From NCBI GenBank assembly GCA_019058365.1, contig JAHPZE010000006.1, positions 32,001 through 96,000 on the forward strand: 64,000 nt of DNA. The letters are read 5' to 3'. Numbering within the stretch: position 1 is the stretch's first letter; every line of letters begins with the position of its first letter. Shown here one piece after another: positions 20,066 to 29,873 of this stretch. The DNA comes from Promethearchaeota archaeon (lineage in GTDB: Archaea > Asgardarchaeota > Lokiarchaeia > Sigyniarchaeales > SOKP01). The notes under the pieces are model-generated. The model searched no databases. It was not told the origin of the DNA and saw nothing but the letters and a program-made list of their open reading frames with translations. Both the position numbers and the translations under genes were made by a program.

Positions 20066-21793
20066 ATGTCGACAAAATTAGGAGAGGAAGACGGTTTACG
20101 AAAAAAAGTGTGGAAAATTATAAATTTAATACAAGCGAACCAACTATTTGTACACTATAAAGATTTGAGCATCAAATTCTTAGCTGAAAAGAGTAAAAAA
20201 GTAAATACAAAATTATTACCTGAAATATTATCATTATGCATCCTTAATGCTATAGTCCCCAACTCCGCTATGATATTGATTGGAGGACACGGAGGGGGTA
20301 AAACTACTCTTGTAAAGCTTCTAGGTAGGATGTTCACAGCAAATTCACTTAGTAATATAGAAAATTCAATCATTAGAGGGCATCCTCAGCTAACTGAAGA
20401 GAAATTAATCGGAACCTTAAAATTAGGAAAATTAATGAAAGAAGGAAAAGAAGAGGTAGTATGGAGACAATTCATTACAAATTTTTGGAAAATTATTGAC
20501 GAGGTGAATCGGCTAACTCCATATGCTCAAGACATCTTATTGTCATTGTTAGCTGAGGGAACAGTGAAATATTACGACTCGATAGCAACAATTAATAAAT
20601 TTTGTTTATTTGCAACGATAAATCCTCATGATGTTGGTACTTTTGAACTATCTCAACCATTTTTAGATAGATTTGGAATTTCAGTCCCAATTTCTATGCC
20701 AGGAAGTCATGATTTACAACTCATTTTAACTGGAAAAGATGAGAAATATTCAGGTATGGATGAACTAATTCAAGTTCCTGAGATTCTAACTATTGATGAA
20801 TTAATGGAAATATGGTACTATGTAAATAGAGTATCATTTTCTCCTGAAGTTAATAATTATATTCATGCTATAATAAGAGAATTTACATTGTGTGCAAGAG
20901 TAGACAAGGGTAATACTGAAGATATAAAACCTAGCACAGGACTATGTTCAGGGTGTCATTTCAATACACCTCAAAATATTTGTAATAAAATTGATTCAAT
21001 TCTAAGTGTGAGGGTTGCTAAAGATCTTCTAAGGTATTCTAAAGCTTTAGCTTGGTTATTAGGATTAGATAAGATTGATGTTAATATTGTAAACACTATA
21101 GCACCATACGTAATTTCACATAGAACAATTTATGTAAAAAGGGAAATAGATAAGTCTCCGTATTTTGGAAATAAGTATGAGTTTTCTAATGATATTTTAA
21201 CCACAGTTCAAAAAAGGTTTAAAAATCGTGAATTATGCTATGAAATCGCTGAAAGATTTCGCGAAGGAAATCCTAAAGATACTGATTTATCAGAGTTAAA
21301 AAAATTTGAAAAAAATGATTTGATTATAAAATATGACTTAATTCCATTTGTAAATTCAGTTAATAACAAAGAATATCCTCCAATTGCCCAACAAATACAA
21401 GAAGCAGCAAAAAAAGGAGATATTAATAAGCTAGCTGAAATAAGAAATAATCTTTTAGAGAAAATCAATTTCCCAAATAGAGGAGACCTAATTGAATGGT
21501 GTAATCGAGAACTTTTTAGGCAAACAGTTACCGATTATGTCATTAAATATTCTTATTGGAAAGAAGTCTGGGCAGATATAGCGGCTGAATTCTCTAATTT
21601 AGATCAATCATTGAAGGAAGCATTTAGTCAAAGACAAACTAAACAAATCCGTACAGAGGATATGCTAATTGAAATTAATGTAACAGGAACTAAAGAAGAC
21701 TCGTTAGTAAATATTCAAATTTCTGGCGGCTCTGAAGCTTTAAGATTAAGAACTATTCTAGATAATTTTGAATACATACAAAAGGAAGAATAA
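20066..21793 (+). CDS. MoxR-like AAA+ ATPase
   Basis: Walker A GGHGGGKT, Walker B IIDEVNR, ATINP, FLDRF, SVR sensor 2. Confidence 0.85.
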   Translation: MSTKLGEEDGLRKKVWKIINLIQANQLFVHYKDLSIKFLAEKSKKVNTKLLPEILSLCILNAIVPNSAMILIGGHGGGKTTLVKLLGRMFTANSLSNIENSIIRGHPQLTEEKLIGTLKLGKLMKEGKEEVVWRQFITNFWKIIDEVNRLTPYAQDILLSLLAEGTVKYYDSIATINKFCLFATINPHDVGTFELSQPFLDRFGISVPISMPGSHDLQLILTGKDEKYSGMDELIQVPEILTIDELMEIWYYVNRVSFSPEVNNYIHAIIREFTLCARVDKGNTEDIKPSTGLCSGCHFNTPQNICNKIDSILSVRVAKDLLRYSKALAWLLGLDKIDVNIVNTIAPYVISHRTIYVKREIDKSPYFGNKYEFSNDILTTVQKRFKNRELCYEIAERFREGNPKDTDLSELKKFEKNDLIIKYDLIPFVNSVNNKEYPPIAQQIQEAAKKGDINKLAEIRNNLLEKINFPNRGDLIEWCNRELFRQTVTDYVIKYSYWKEVWADIAAEFSNLDQSLKEAFSQRQTKQIRTEDMLIEINVTGTKEDSLVNIQISGGSEALRLRTILDNFEYIQKEE

Positions 21794-21810
21794 ATAAATT
21801 TAACGGTAAG

Positions 21811-23526
21811 ATGATTCAATCAAGAAGAAAAGGTAAAAAAATAAATAATGAGCGTGCAGAAAAGGAAAAAAGAACAATAGAGTTAGCTAATTTTGCATGG
21901 AACAAGACGTTAAAGGAATTTTATTATCCTCCATTAAACGACCCTAATTATGTATTTGATTACACGCACTTAGAGGGATTTTATATCGATCCTGAACATC
22001 GATGGCAAATTACAATGAATCTAGCTAATACTCCATTATTAAAAGATGATCAAGAATATATAGACTATTTTTACATCATCTCGCTTCATGAAGTATCTCA
22101 TTATCAAATCATTCCTTACGATGGTTTAACTCACGCTAAATTATTAAGAGCTGCTATGACCCATGTGAATCAAAATTATGCTCCTATTGTTGTAAATATT
22201 TTTGCTGATTTAATTATTGATACTAAATTATACCAGAAATATTCTAATCTTATTGAATGGGAAATGGCTGAAACCTATAAACATATCACAAATAAAGGCC
22301 CACTAAGTAATTTTAGTAAATTTTTATTTCGAGCCTATGAGAAAATGTGGGATAAAGATGTTATAGGCGATGAGAAACTTAAGGAGATGGATTCTTTAGC
22401 AGAGGGGGTAACTAAAATAATTCTCAAAAATTTCGAGGATGAGTCAACATGGGAAAAGAAGGTATCTCAAGTTGCAAGAATTATGAAAATATTAATCCAA
22501 GATACATTTGCCTTAATAGGAACTGGAGGTGTTGTAGATAAAAACAATGAAAAGAGAAAAAGTCCTGGAGGAGCATTTTTAGAAGTTCCAAAAGATGTGC
22601 TAGAAGTAATGGATAATCCGTTAGAAAATAAAAATACGGACAAATTAAAAGAAGTGAATGAAGATAATTTACGACAAAAATCAGAAGAATTTGCTAAAGA
22701 TATCCCATATTCTGAATTTGGTGGACCTGCGCGTCAAGCTGGAATTTTGATTGATGGAAATGCTTTAGCTACTTGGTATAGAGGGCTAGCAAAAAATCTA
22801 ATCGAAATAAAAATTTTTGAAGAAAAACCAGGAGGGCAATTACCAGTTTATCCAGAAGTTTGGCGTATTGGAGATAGAATAGAAGATTTAGATATTGTTC
22901 AGAGTTTATTAAATAGTCCCGTAATGATTCCTAATATTACTACAAGAAAATGGGCATATAAAGAAGGACCAGGTCTTTTGGTTGAAAAACAAATCCCTGA
23001 TCTTCTAATTGTTTTAGATTCTTCGGGTTCTATGGGTTGGAACTATACTTCAAGATCAACTCTTGGTAAAGGGCCATATCACACAGCATTAGTAGCGGCA
23101 TTTGCTTCTTTACATTGTGCTGCAAGTAAGGGTGCTAAATTTAGTATAATTAATTTCTCAAATAGAGCAGATATATGCCAATGGACATCCGATTATATTA
23201 AAGCGGAGAACGTGCTGTTGAGGTATCAGGGGGGAGGAACCTTTTTACCAATTAGAGAAATTGCAAATCAATGTGAAAAAGCAGAAAAAAAGACTCTTGT
23301 TTTTATCATCACCGATTTTGGTATCTATAATTGGAGTAAAACAAAAAAAATAATGATTGAGTTAGCTCAAAAAGGGCATAAAATTGTTGGATTTTTCATA
23401 GGTTCTACTAAGATACCTAAAGACAAATTTAAAAACCTTCTAAATAATGTAACTTTTTACGGGATAGGAAATGCTAAAGATTTAATTAGTTTGGTTATAA
23501 CTGAAGTCAAAAAATATTATTTATAG
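21811..23526 (+). CDS. HExxH-domain / vWA protein (MoxR partner)
   Basis: LHEVSHY near N-terminus; MIDAS DSSGS...GGT...ITD at C-terminus. Confidence 0.85.
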   Translation: MIQSRRKGKKINNERAEKEKRTIELANFAWNKTLKEFYYPPLNDPNYVFDYTHLEGFYIDPEHRWQITMNLANTPLLKDDQEYIDYFYIISLHEVSHYQIIPYDGLTHAKLLRAAMTHVNQNYAPIVVNIFADLIIDTKLYQKYSNLIEWEMAETYKHITNKGPLSNFSKFLFRAYEKMWDKDVIGDEKLKEMDSLAEGVTKIILKNFEDESTWEKKVSQVARIMKILIQDTFALIGTGGVVDKNNEKRKSPGGAFLEVPKDVLEVMDNPLENKNTDKLKEVNEDNLRQKSEEFAKDIPYSEFGGPARQAGILIDGNALATWYRGLAKNLIEIKIFEEKPGGQLPVYPEVWRIGDRIEDLDIVQSLLNSPVMIPNITTRKWAYKEGPGLLVEKQIPDLLIVLDSSGSMGWNYTSRSTLGKGPYHTALVAAFASLHCAASKGAKFSIINFSNRADICQWTSDYIKAENVLLRYQGGGTFLPIREIANQCEKAEKKTLVFIITDFGIYNWSKTKKIMIELAQKGHKIVGFFIGSTKIPKDKFKNLLNNVTFYGIGNAKDLISLVITEVKKYYL

Positions 23527-23712
23527 CTCAACTTTTTTACTTAAAGATATTTAATCTATTTCTTTGATTTTTTTTCAGTTCTTTTATGAAGGCTTTAAAC
23601 TAAGTAACTTTATAAATTGGAGGATTAATTTCACCTATAATCTATTGACTGACCGAGAAAAAATTCATTTAAATATGGAGAAAAAAGTTGCAAATGCATA
23701 AGTAGTAATGTA

Positions 23713-24330
23713 TTACCTTAAATCAGGTTTGTTAATTTCCCGTAAATACAATTTCATAAAGTATCTTTGACTTTGACAATACATTAGTTTATCTCTTTGT
23801 GTTAAGTGCTTGCATTTTTGTAAAACTCTCTGGATATCTGTAAGTAGTTTGAAACTATCATATTTTGCCTTTTGGGGGAAATTTTCTACTGTATTTTTTA
23901 TATCATTCTTTATCTTAATTTCATAAAACAAATTCTTAAGATTTAAAACGGGTTCTGAATTTTCTAATCTTAAATCTGTCAATACTTCTATTTCCTCTTC
24001 AGGATTTATTGAATTATCAATAATGGAATTACTAGAATTATATTCAATAAATATATCGCATATTCCTTTATGTCTATATCTACAATCTTGGCAATCATAA
24101 GAACAAGGAGAAGATTTGACTCGACAAATGTTTTGGATTTTTTTAAGAACATTTTCTGTTTCGTGTATATTTGAACTTATCATTTTCATTCCTTTATCAT
24201 TCAATTTTATGTAATTCTTCCAATATTTTTCTTAGACTTTTCTGGTAATAGCAGAGAGATATCTAGATATATATAAAAAACATATGATTTCTTCTTTTGA
24301 AACTAAGTAATATTTAGGTAATATCTTCAC
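23713..24330 (-). CDS. Hypothetical Cys-cluster protein, predicted two exons (24330-24259 and 24231-23713, 196 aa spliced)
   Basis: The track ORF (24204) extends in frame to GTG 24330 with one TAA, which lies in a 27-nt BHB-flanked segment; TTTATAAA about 30 nt upstream of the GTG; CxxxCxxC..C cluster. Confidence 0.6.
24232..24258 (-). other. Candidate 27-nt BHB-type mRNA micro-intron
   Basis: CTCTCTGCTATTACCAGAAAAGTCTAA; central helix AGAU/GUCU, bulges AUC and AAG; removal deletes the only in-frame stop; shares its core with the 59535 intron. Confidence 0.65.
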
Positions 24331-24405
24331 TTGGTTCAGAAAAATAAATTAATAAGGATTTATAAAAATTAAAAAAAAAGATAGAATCTTTTTTGATTTT
24401 AATGA

Positions 24406-24933
24406 TTAAAGTACGGAAAGAAGGTTATCAATATCAAGCCAACCTTTTAAAGCGTGAATAATTGTTCCTTGTTCATCAATAATAAATTGTCCAGGTCCTT
24501 GTTTTTCCCAGCCTTCATATTCTCCGTGCTCAAAACCAAATTTCCTAACTTCTTTAATTTTCAAAGGAATTTGAGAAACTGCTTCTTTTGTCATTAATCC
24601 TAAGCCATAATCTGCATATAATTCATCTTTTGAGCTTAAAATAACAGGAAAGTTAATCTTCTCTTTTTCAATATATTCTTTCGCTACTTTTTCGCCTGAT
24701 TGAGTAATGTACAATATTTTTGCACCTTTTTTCTCAATTTCAGTCTTACGGGTCATCAGTTCCTTAAGATCCACTTGACAAATAGGACACCCAAAATATC
24801 TCGAAAAAATTAGTACAATTTTTTGATCTCCTATCAATTCTGCTAAATCAATTGTGCCAGCATTATATGATTTTAACTTAAATAATATCGCTTTATCTCC
24901 TATCTTTACCTCATTTTTTTCCATAATGTTCAC
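24406..24933 (-). CDS. Peroxiredoxin-like AhpC/TSA (thioredoxin fold) protein
   Basis: FSRYFGCPIC (CxxC), LYADYGLG, QGPGQFIID. Confidence 0.85.
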   Translation of the reverse strand: MNIMEKNEVKIGDKAILFKLKSYNAGTIDLAELIGDQKIVLIFSRYFGCPICQVDLKELMTRKTEIEKKGAKILYITQSGEKVAKEYIEKEKINFPVILSSKDELYADYGLGLMTKEAVSQIPLKIKEVRKFGFEHGEYEGWEKQGPGQFIIDEQGTIIHALKGWLDIDNLLSVL

Positions 24934-25058
24934 TAGATTTAATTATTTTGTATTAGAATGTTTAATTTCATAAAAAAGTTATGGTTCCAGTGAAATTAAG
25001 AGATGATTTTAAATAATTCCTTTATAAGGGTAAACACTTCTTAGAAAAATATAATAAA

Positions 25059-25703
25059 TTAATAATTCTTATTAACCCAATCTTCAAATTTAACTATTCT
25101 TAACTGTTCTGCCCATAAAGCTTTTATATTAGGTATATCAGGAAGTAATTTTTCTTTTTTTAGAAGCTGATATAATTTTTCTATTGATTTTTCAATTAAA
25201 ATTTCATATAAGGGAGTTTTTTCATCAAGATCTTTCAATTTTTCTTGGGCTTGATTTTTTATTTGTTTAATAATAGTAATCCAATTTTCTGTAAATTTCA
25301 CTATGTATTCTTCTAATTTCTCAGAAAATTCTGTTGATAATACTGGAATGGTTAATTGATAATTCTTATTTATCAATCTAATTAAATTATACCATTCTAA
25401 AGTCGTAAGGTGATTTTCAATGGTTTCTCTTGTCCATTGGTAGGAAATTTGGCATTCATATTCTTCTTTAGTTATTAATAATGGGTTGGGAGAAAAGTTA
25501 ACTTTTTCATAGATTTGCTGAAAGGTTTTTGGACCAGTAGCAAGTATTATCAAGATTTCACGCCTTACTTTATTATCTAAAACCCATGGTATTTCAGGAT
25601 CATCCCATGGCTTTGAAGTCGCAAAATCGAACCAAGGTTGAATCTCATCTACATTTATTTTCCCTACAAAACGATAATCATGATATTTTGTATTTTCTTT
25701 CAT
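25059..25703 (-). CDS. Hypothetical protein with winged-helix domain
   Basis: RREILIILATGPKTF...IENHL..LEWYNLI; directly downstream of sufB. Confidence 0.55.
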   Translation of the reverse strand: MKENTKYHDYRFVGKINVDEIQPWFDFATSKPWDDPEIPWVLDNKVRREILIILATGPKTFQQIYEKVNFSPNPLLITKEEYECQISYQWTRETIENHLTTLEWYNLIRLINKNYQLTIPVLSTEFSEKLEEYIVKFTENWITIIKQIKNQAQEKLKDLDEKTPLYEILIEKSIEKLYQLLKKEKLLPDIPNIKALWAEQLRIVKFEDWVNKNY

Positions 25704-25748
25704 AATTTTTTCTTCTTTTATTAAATTCTAATTTATTTTTCTCAAATA

Positions 25749-26711
25749 TTATTCTTCTTGAAGCATTGCCTCTATAAGAATTTGAGTAGCCTCTTCCTCA
25801 GTTAAACCCTTAGCTTGTAGTTCATCAAGCCACTTTTGTGGAAACCTACCTAAGGAAGCTTCATGTGAAACACTTGAAGTTGGATCTATGGCTCTGATAA
25901 AAGGACGAGCTCTACATATAGATCCTTTTCCTAATACAATTTCATTACACTCTACATGACCATTACATTGTGGAGCATTTCCTTCCGTAATCCCATACAT
26001 TAGCACTTCTCCACCGTCTTTAGCAGCTGCTTTCATTTTAATTACGCTTCGTGCATTTTCTCCCTCAAGAAAAACAGAATCTCTTATCCTGATCGAATCT
26101 TTTTTGCATTTTCCAAAAGCTCTGATATTTGATTTAATTACACTGTTTTTCATTGCATATATATCTAGCATTATTTTAACTTTACCGGGAGTACCTTTTG
26201 TTAAGTTAAAATTATTTTCAAAAATGCTATTTTCACCGATGTACATATATCCAACTGGAGCAACTAATGCCCCCGAATTTTCACCATGATAATGAGTTTC
26301 ACTATAAGTAAATTTACAATTTTTTCCAATGTAGAAATGTCCAAACATTTTATGAATGAGTCCATTTGCTTTTGGAAAACTGCAATGTGCTTGTACAGTT
26401 ACTTCTGTATTATCTTCAGCAATAATTCTTGGAAAAATTTCTTGAACTCCTGTCTCTTTATTAACACCAAAGCATAAATGAACTGGGTCTTCAATTTTTG
26501 TTCCTTGTTTAATTACAATATCTGCTACAATTCCATTTTCAATCTCTCTACCTTTTAAGATAACACCTTTTACTTGTTCTAATCCGCTAATCTTATTAAA
26601 ATCTAATAAGAGTTTGGCCCCCTTCCCATGTCCCGGTAAAAAATCTCTAATATCAATATTATAATCTTCAAGACTTTCTAATATTTCTTCTGGATATTCT
26701 GTTTTGCTCAT
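25749..26711 (-). CDS. sufB: SufB/SufD-family Fe-S assembly protein (minimal SmsB type)
   Basis: PVHLCFG, AHCSFP, GHVECNEI, HEASLG, GLTEEEA. Confidence 0.9.
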   Translation of the reverse strand: MSKTEYPEEILESLEDYNIDIRDFLPGHGKGAKLLLDFNKISGLEQVKGVILKGREIENGIVADIVIKQGTKIEDPVHLCFGVNKETGVQEIFPRIIAEDNTEVTVQAHCSFPKANGLIHKMFGHFYIGKNCKFTYSETHYHGENSGALVAPVGYMYIGENSIFENNFNLTKGTPGKVKIMLDIYAMKNSVIKSNIRAFGKCKKDSIRIRDSVFLEGENARSVIKMKAAAKDGGEVLMYGITEGNAPQCNGHVECNEIVLGKGSICRARPFIRAIDPTSSVSHEASLGRFPQKWLDELQAKGLTEEEATQILIEAMLQEE

Positions 26712-27505
26712 AATCCTTGTTCCTCCCTAAATATTTTATCGATATAATCCTCATCGAAGCAAGCTTGTTTCCCATTGAATAATTTTCTTTTACAAAATTC
26801 TTTTAATCCAGCTTTAGCGCAATACCTTAGCATAACTTTCGGAAACACATCTGTTAGTATAGCATCACCCCTCCATATAAGAGTTCCATAATCTGCAACC
26901 ATCCCAATATCTTCTCTGTGGGTAATCAATAGGATTGTCATGTTCAATCCCTTGATTTTACCAAAAATATGTAAAAAATCTTCAATAACAATGAAATCTA
27001 ATCCTGAATCTGGTTCATCTAGTATAACCAATCTGGGTCTCATCGCAATGGTTGCTGCTAACTCTACTCTCTTTCTCTCTCCTCCGCTTAAAGATTCATC
27101 AATAGTTCGATTCATATATCTTTCAGGCTCTAAATTTACAATTTGTAAAGCTTCACGGATTATATCTTTACTATTTACTTTATCCTTAATTCCAAGAGAT
27201 ATATATTTTGGAATTGATAATCCATCGATTCTTGCTGGTTCTTGCCATGCTAAAGTTATACCTAATTTTGCACGTTCTGATATACTCATATCAGTAATGT
27301 CAATTCCATCAAAATATATTTTTCCTTCAGAGGGCTTATAATTATTTAACCCCATTATAGTATATGCTAATGTTGATTTTCCTGATCCATTTGGACCAAT
27401 AACAGCATGAATTGAACCTTCTTTAACACCAAATGAGACCTTATTTATTATTACACATTCTTGATCAAATGTAGGTATTGTTAGATCTTTTACTTCTAAT
27501 AGCAT
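26708..27505 (-). CDS. sufC: SufC-type ABC ATPase (SmsC)
   Basis: GPNGSGKST, AWQEP, LSGGERKR, LDEPDSGLD; three C-terminal Cys; overlaps sufB by 4 nt. Confidence 0.9.
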   Translation of the reverse strand: MLLEVKDLTIPTFDQECVIINKVSFGVKEGSIHAVIGPNGSGKSTLAYTIMGLNNYKPSEGKIYFDGIDITDMSISERAKLGITLAWQEPARIDGLSIPKYISLGIKDKVNSKDIIREALQIVNLEPERYMNRTIDESLSGGERKRVELAATIAMRPRLVILDEPDSGLDFIVIEDFLHIFGKIKGLNMTILLITHREDIGMVADYGTLIWRGDAILTDVFPKVMLRYCAKAGLKEFCKRKLFNGKQACFDEDYIDKIFREEQGL

Positions 27506-27742
27506 TTTAGAACACTAAATATTAAATTATTATAATTTTTAAGAGCTCTCAACTAAGATCTTAAATTCTCGTTTGAATAAAAATTTAAATTTTCTTTTAA
27601 TATCATCAGAAGAAAAATAGAGATTTCAAATCTTTGATTAAATTATAGTAGATAACTTAAAAAAGACCTTTAATATTATATTCTTAGTTTTCATTATAAA
27701 TCTTAAAAATAAAAAATGCATAATACTGTGTAATTTAAAAAA

Positions 27743-28543
27743 GTGATAATAATGGTAAAAAAAGAGTACATCTGTGAAAAGGGAAAAAGGAGTTCAATCG
27801 TTATAGAAGATGTTTCAATTGAAATTAGGGAAGGAGCCACTCTCATTTTAGGATTTGCGGGAATTGGTCTTATTGGTCCTATTGTTGCTAATACTTTAAT
27901 TGAACAATTACCAGATGTTAAAGAAATTGGTTTTATCACCAGTGAGTATCTTCCCCCAATCTCTGTGTTTTATGCGGGCGTTTTAAAACACCCATTCCGA
28001 CTCCTTTATTCGTCTCAATCAAATCTTATAATAGGCATTTGTGAAGTTCCTTTTCAAATTCCAACAGCATACAATGATTTGAGTAAAACCATATGTAATT
28101 GGGCTTTATCGCAAGATGTTAAAGCAAAAGAGTTAGTAATTTTTCAAGGAATACCTCAAAGAGGTATTATTGATGAATATCCTGTATATTATGCTGCAGA
28201 AGAAGTAATGATTGATCAGCTTGAAAAATTTGGAATCAAAAAAGTTGAAAAAGGAATCATTGTGGGTCCTGAGGCAACTGTATTAAATGAAGCATTAGTA
28301 AATAGATTGAATGCTTATGCTTTATTTACTCCCGTTTTAGAAATCCCTACTCCAGAGGGTGCTGCGAGTATAATAGAAGTTTTAAGTAGAATTTATGATT
28401 TAAAGATTGATACTTCATCTTTAATAGAGCAGGGAAAAGAAATAAAAGCTAGGATGTTAGAGCTAGCACAAAAAGCTCAAGAGTATCAAAAACAACAACA
28501 ATTACCTGGATCTGGAAAAGAGTACACTGGATATTTCCAATAA
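27743..28543 (+). CDS. PAC2 family proteasome assembly chaperone-like protein
   Basis: GFAGIGLIG, HPFRL, GIIVG, P.P.GAA, LIEQG; C-terminus GYFQ. Confidence 0.85.
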   Translation: MIIMVKKEYICEKGKRSSIVIEDVSIEIREGATLILGFAGIGLIGPIVANTLIEQLPDVKEIGFITSEYLPPISVFYAGVLKHPFRLLYSSQSNLIIGICEVPFQIPTAYNDLSKTICNWALSQDVKAKELVIFQGIPQRGIIDEYPVYYAAEEVMIDQLEKFGIKKVEKGIIVGPEATVLNEALVNRLNAYALFTPVLEIPTPEGAASIIEVLSRIYDLKIDTSSLIEQGKEIKARMLELAQKAQEYQKQQQLPGSGKEYTGYFQ

Positions 28544-28734
28544 CAAAAATCGTTTTCAAATTCATTTTAAATATTCAATCTTATTTTTTATTAAATGTTC
28601 TCTAATTTTAAGTAAAATATAAGAAATCTATATATCTCTGAAGTTGACTTTTGATAAATTATAAAAATTACGTTTATAATTCACCTTTATTTAGATAGCT
28701 TGAATGAAAATAAGGATTAAATTAAATATAATTT

Positions 28735-29190
28735 TTGAGGCAATTTACTATTAAAGAAAAATTTATACCGGTTCAGATTGATCAGGAGTTGTGTTTAAGA
28801 TGTGAACGTTGTTTACGAGCTTGTAAAGCTAAAGCAATATATTTTGAGCATGGAATAAGAAAAGTCGATTATATTAAATGTAAAGCATGTTTAAACTGTG
28901 TTCAAGTATGTCCAAGAAACGCAATCCAAGTAACTTCTATTACACATGCAGATCAAATTGTAAGCATAAAAATAGATCATGAAAAATGTACAATGTGCGA
29001 AAAATGTCTCGATGAAAATGGAAAATTCTGCCCAAAAAATCTTTTTTATAAAGATATTGTAAAAAAAGTGGGAAGAGAAGAAAAAGGAATAAGATTTAAG
29101 TTTAGAGAGATAGCAAAATGTCAAGGTTGCTTAAAGTGCGAATTATTTTGCCCAGAAGGGGCAATAGAACCAGTGAAATTTGAAGCTTAA
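28735..29190 (+). CDS. Polyferredoxin (4Fe-4S)
   Basis: Three CxxCxxCxxxC motifs plus a split CTMCEKC...FCP motif. Confidence 0.9.
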   Translation: MRQFTIKEKFIPVQIDQELCLRCERCLRACKAKAIYFEHGIRKVDYIKCKACLNCVQVCPRNAIQVTSITHADQIVSIKIDHEKCTMCEKCLDENGKFCPKNLFYKDIVKKVGREEKGIRFKFREIAKCQGCLKCELFCPEGAIEPVKFEA

Positions 29191-29206
29191 ATCTATAATG
29201 AAATTT

Positions 29207-29761
29207 TTAGCTTTTCTCCTTAACTTTTTGCAAAATTAGTTTTCTAATATCTTCAAATTTCTTTATTACAACAATCCCTTCCATCTGATTTAATCTTTTT
29301 ATATTTTCAATTTCAACATCTCTAATTTTTAAGATTAAAGGAGAACCGTCAGGTCGAGAAGTAACAATTGGCTCAGTATCTTGATCCGATGGAAAAACAT
29401 AGACTATCTGTCCTCCTTTAATGGCTTGAGCCACACAATTAGTTATTAAAGTATCTGCGATACCATATACAATTTTAGCTACACTATTAGCAGAAACTGG
29501 GCAAGCTATAAATAAATCGTAATTCCCGATTTGCAGAGGTCCAGCATAAAAGGGAATATTTGGCGTTTTTTCGACTTTCACCTTTTTGACAGCTTCAGTG
29601 AGAGCTAACCACTTTTTATACCACTTAACAACAGCACTCCCTTCTTTCGATAAAATAACAGTTAAATCTATATTAAAATTATCTTGTAATTCTTTCATCA
29701 AATCAATGGATTCTTGAAGAACATAACCCGTTCCTGTTATACCCCACATTAATTTAAACAT
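29207..29761 (-). CDS. Archaeoflavoprotein (AfpA/HFCD family)
   Basis: WGITGTG, PVSANSVAKIVYGIADTLITN, PSD, IRDVE. Confidence 0.85.
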   Translation of the reverse strand: MFKLMWGITGTGYVLQESIDLMKELQDNFNIDLTVILSKEGSAVVKWYKKWLALTEAVKKVKVEKTPNIPFYAGPLQIGNYDLFIACPVSANSVAKIVYGIADTLITNCVAQAIKGGQIVYVFPSDQDTEPIVTSRPDGSPLILKIRDVEIENIKRLNQMEGIVVIKKFEDIRKLILQKVKEKS

Positions 29762-29873
29762 TTCAAATACTTAGTTTTATTTATTATTATATCTACTAAT
29801 AAGAAGAATTAATAATTTAAGCATAATAAATATTTAATGAGAATAACCTAAAATTATTAGCTATAGATTTAAT

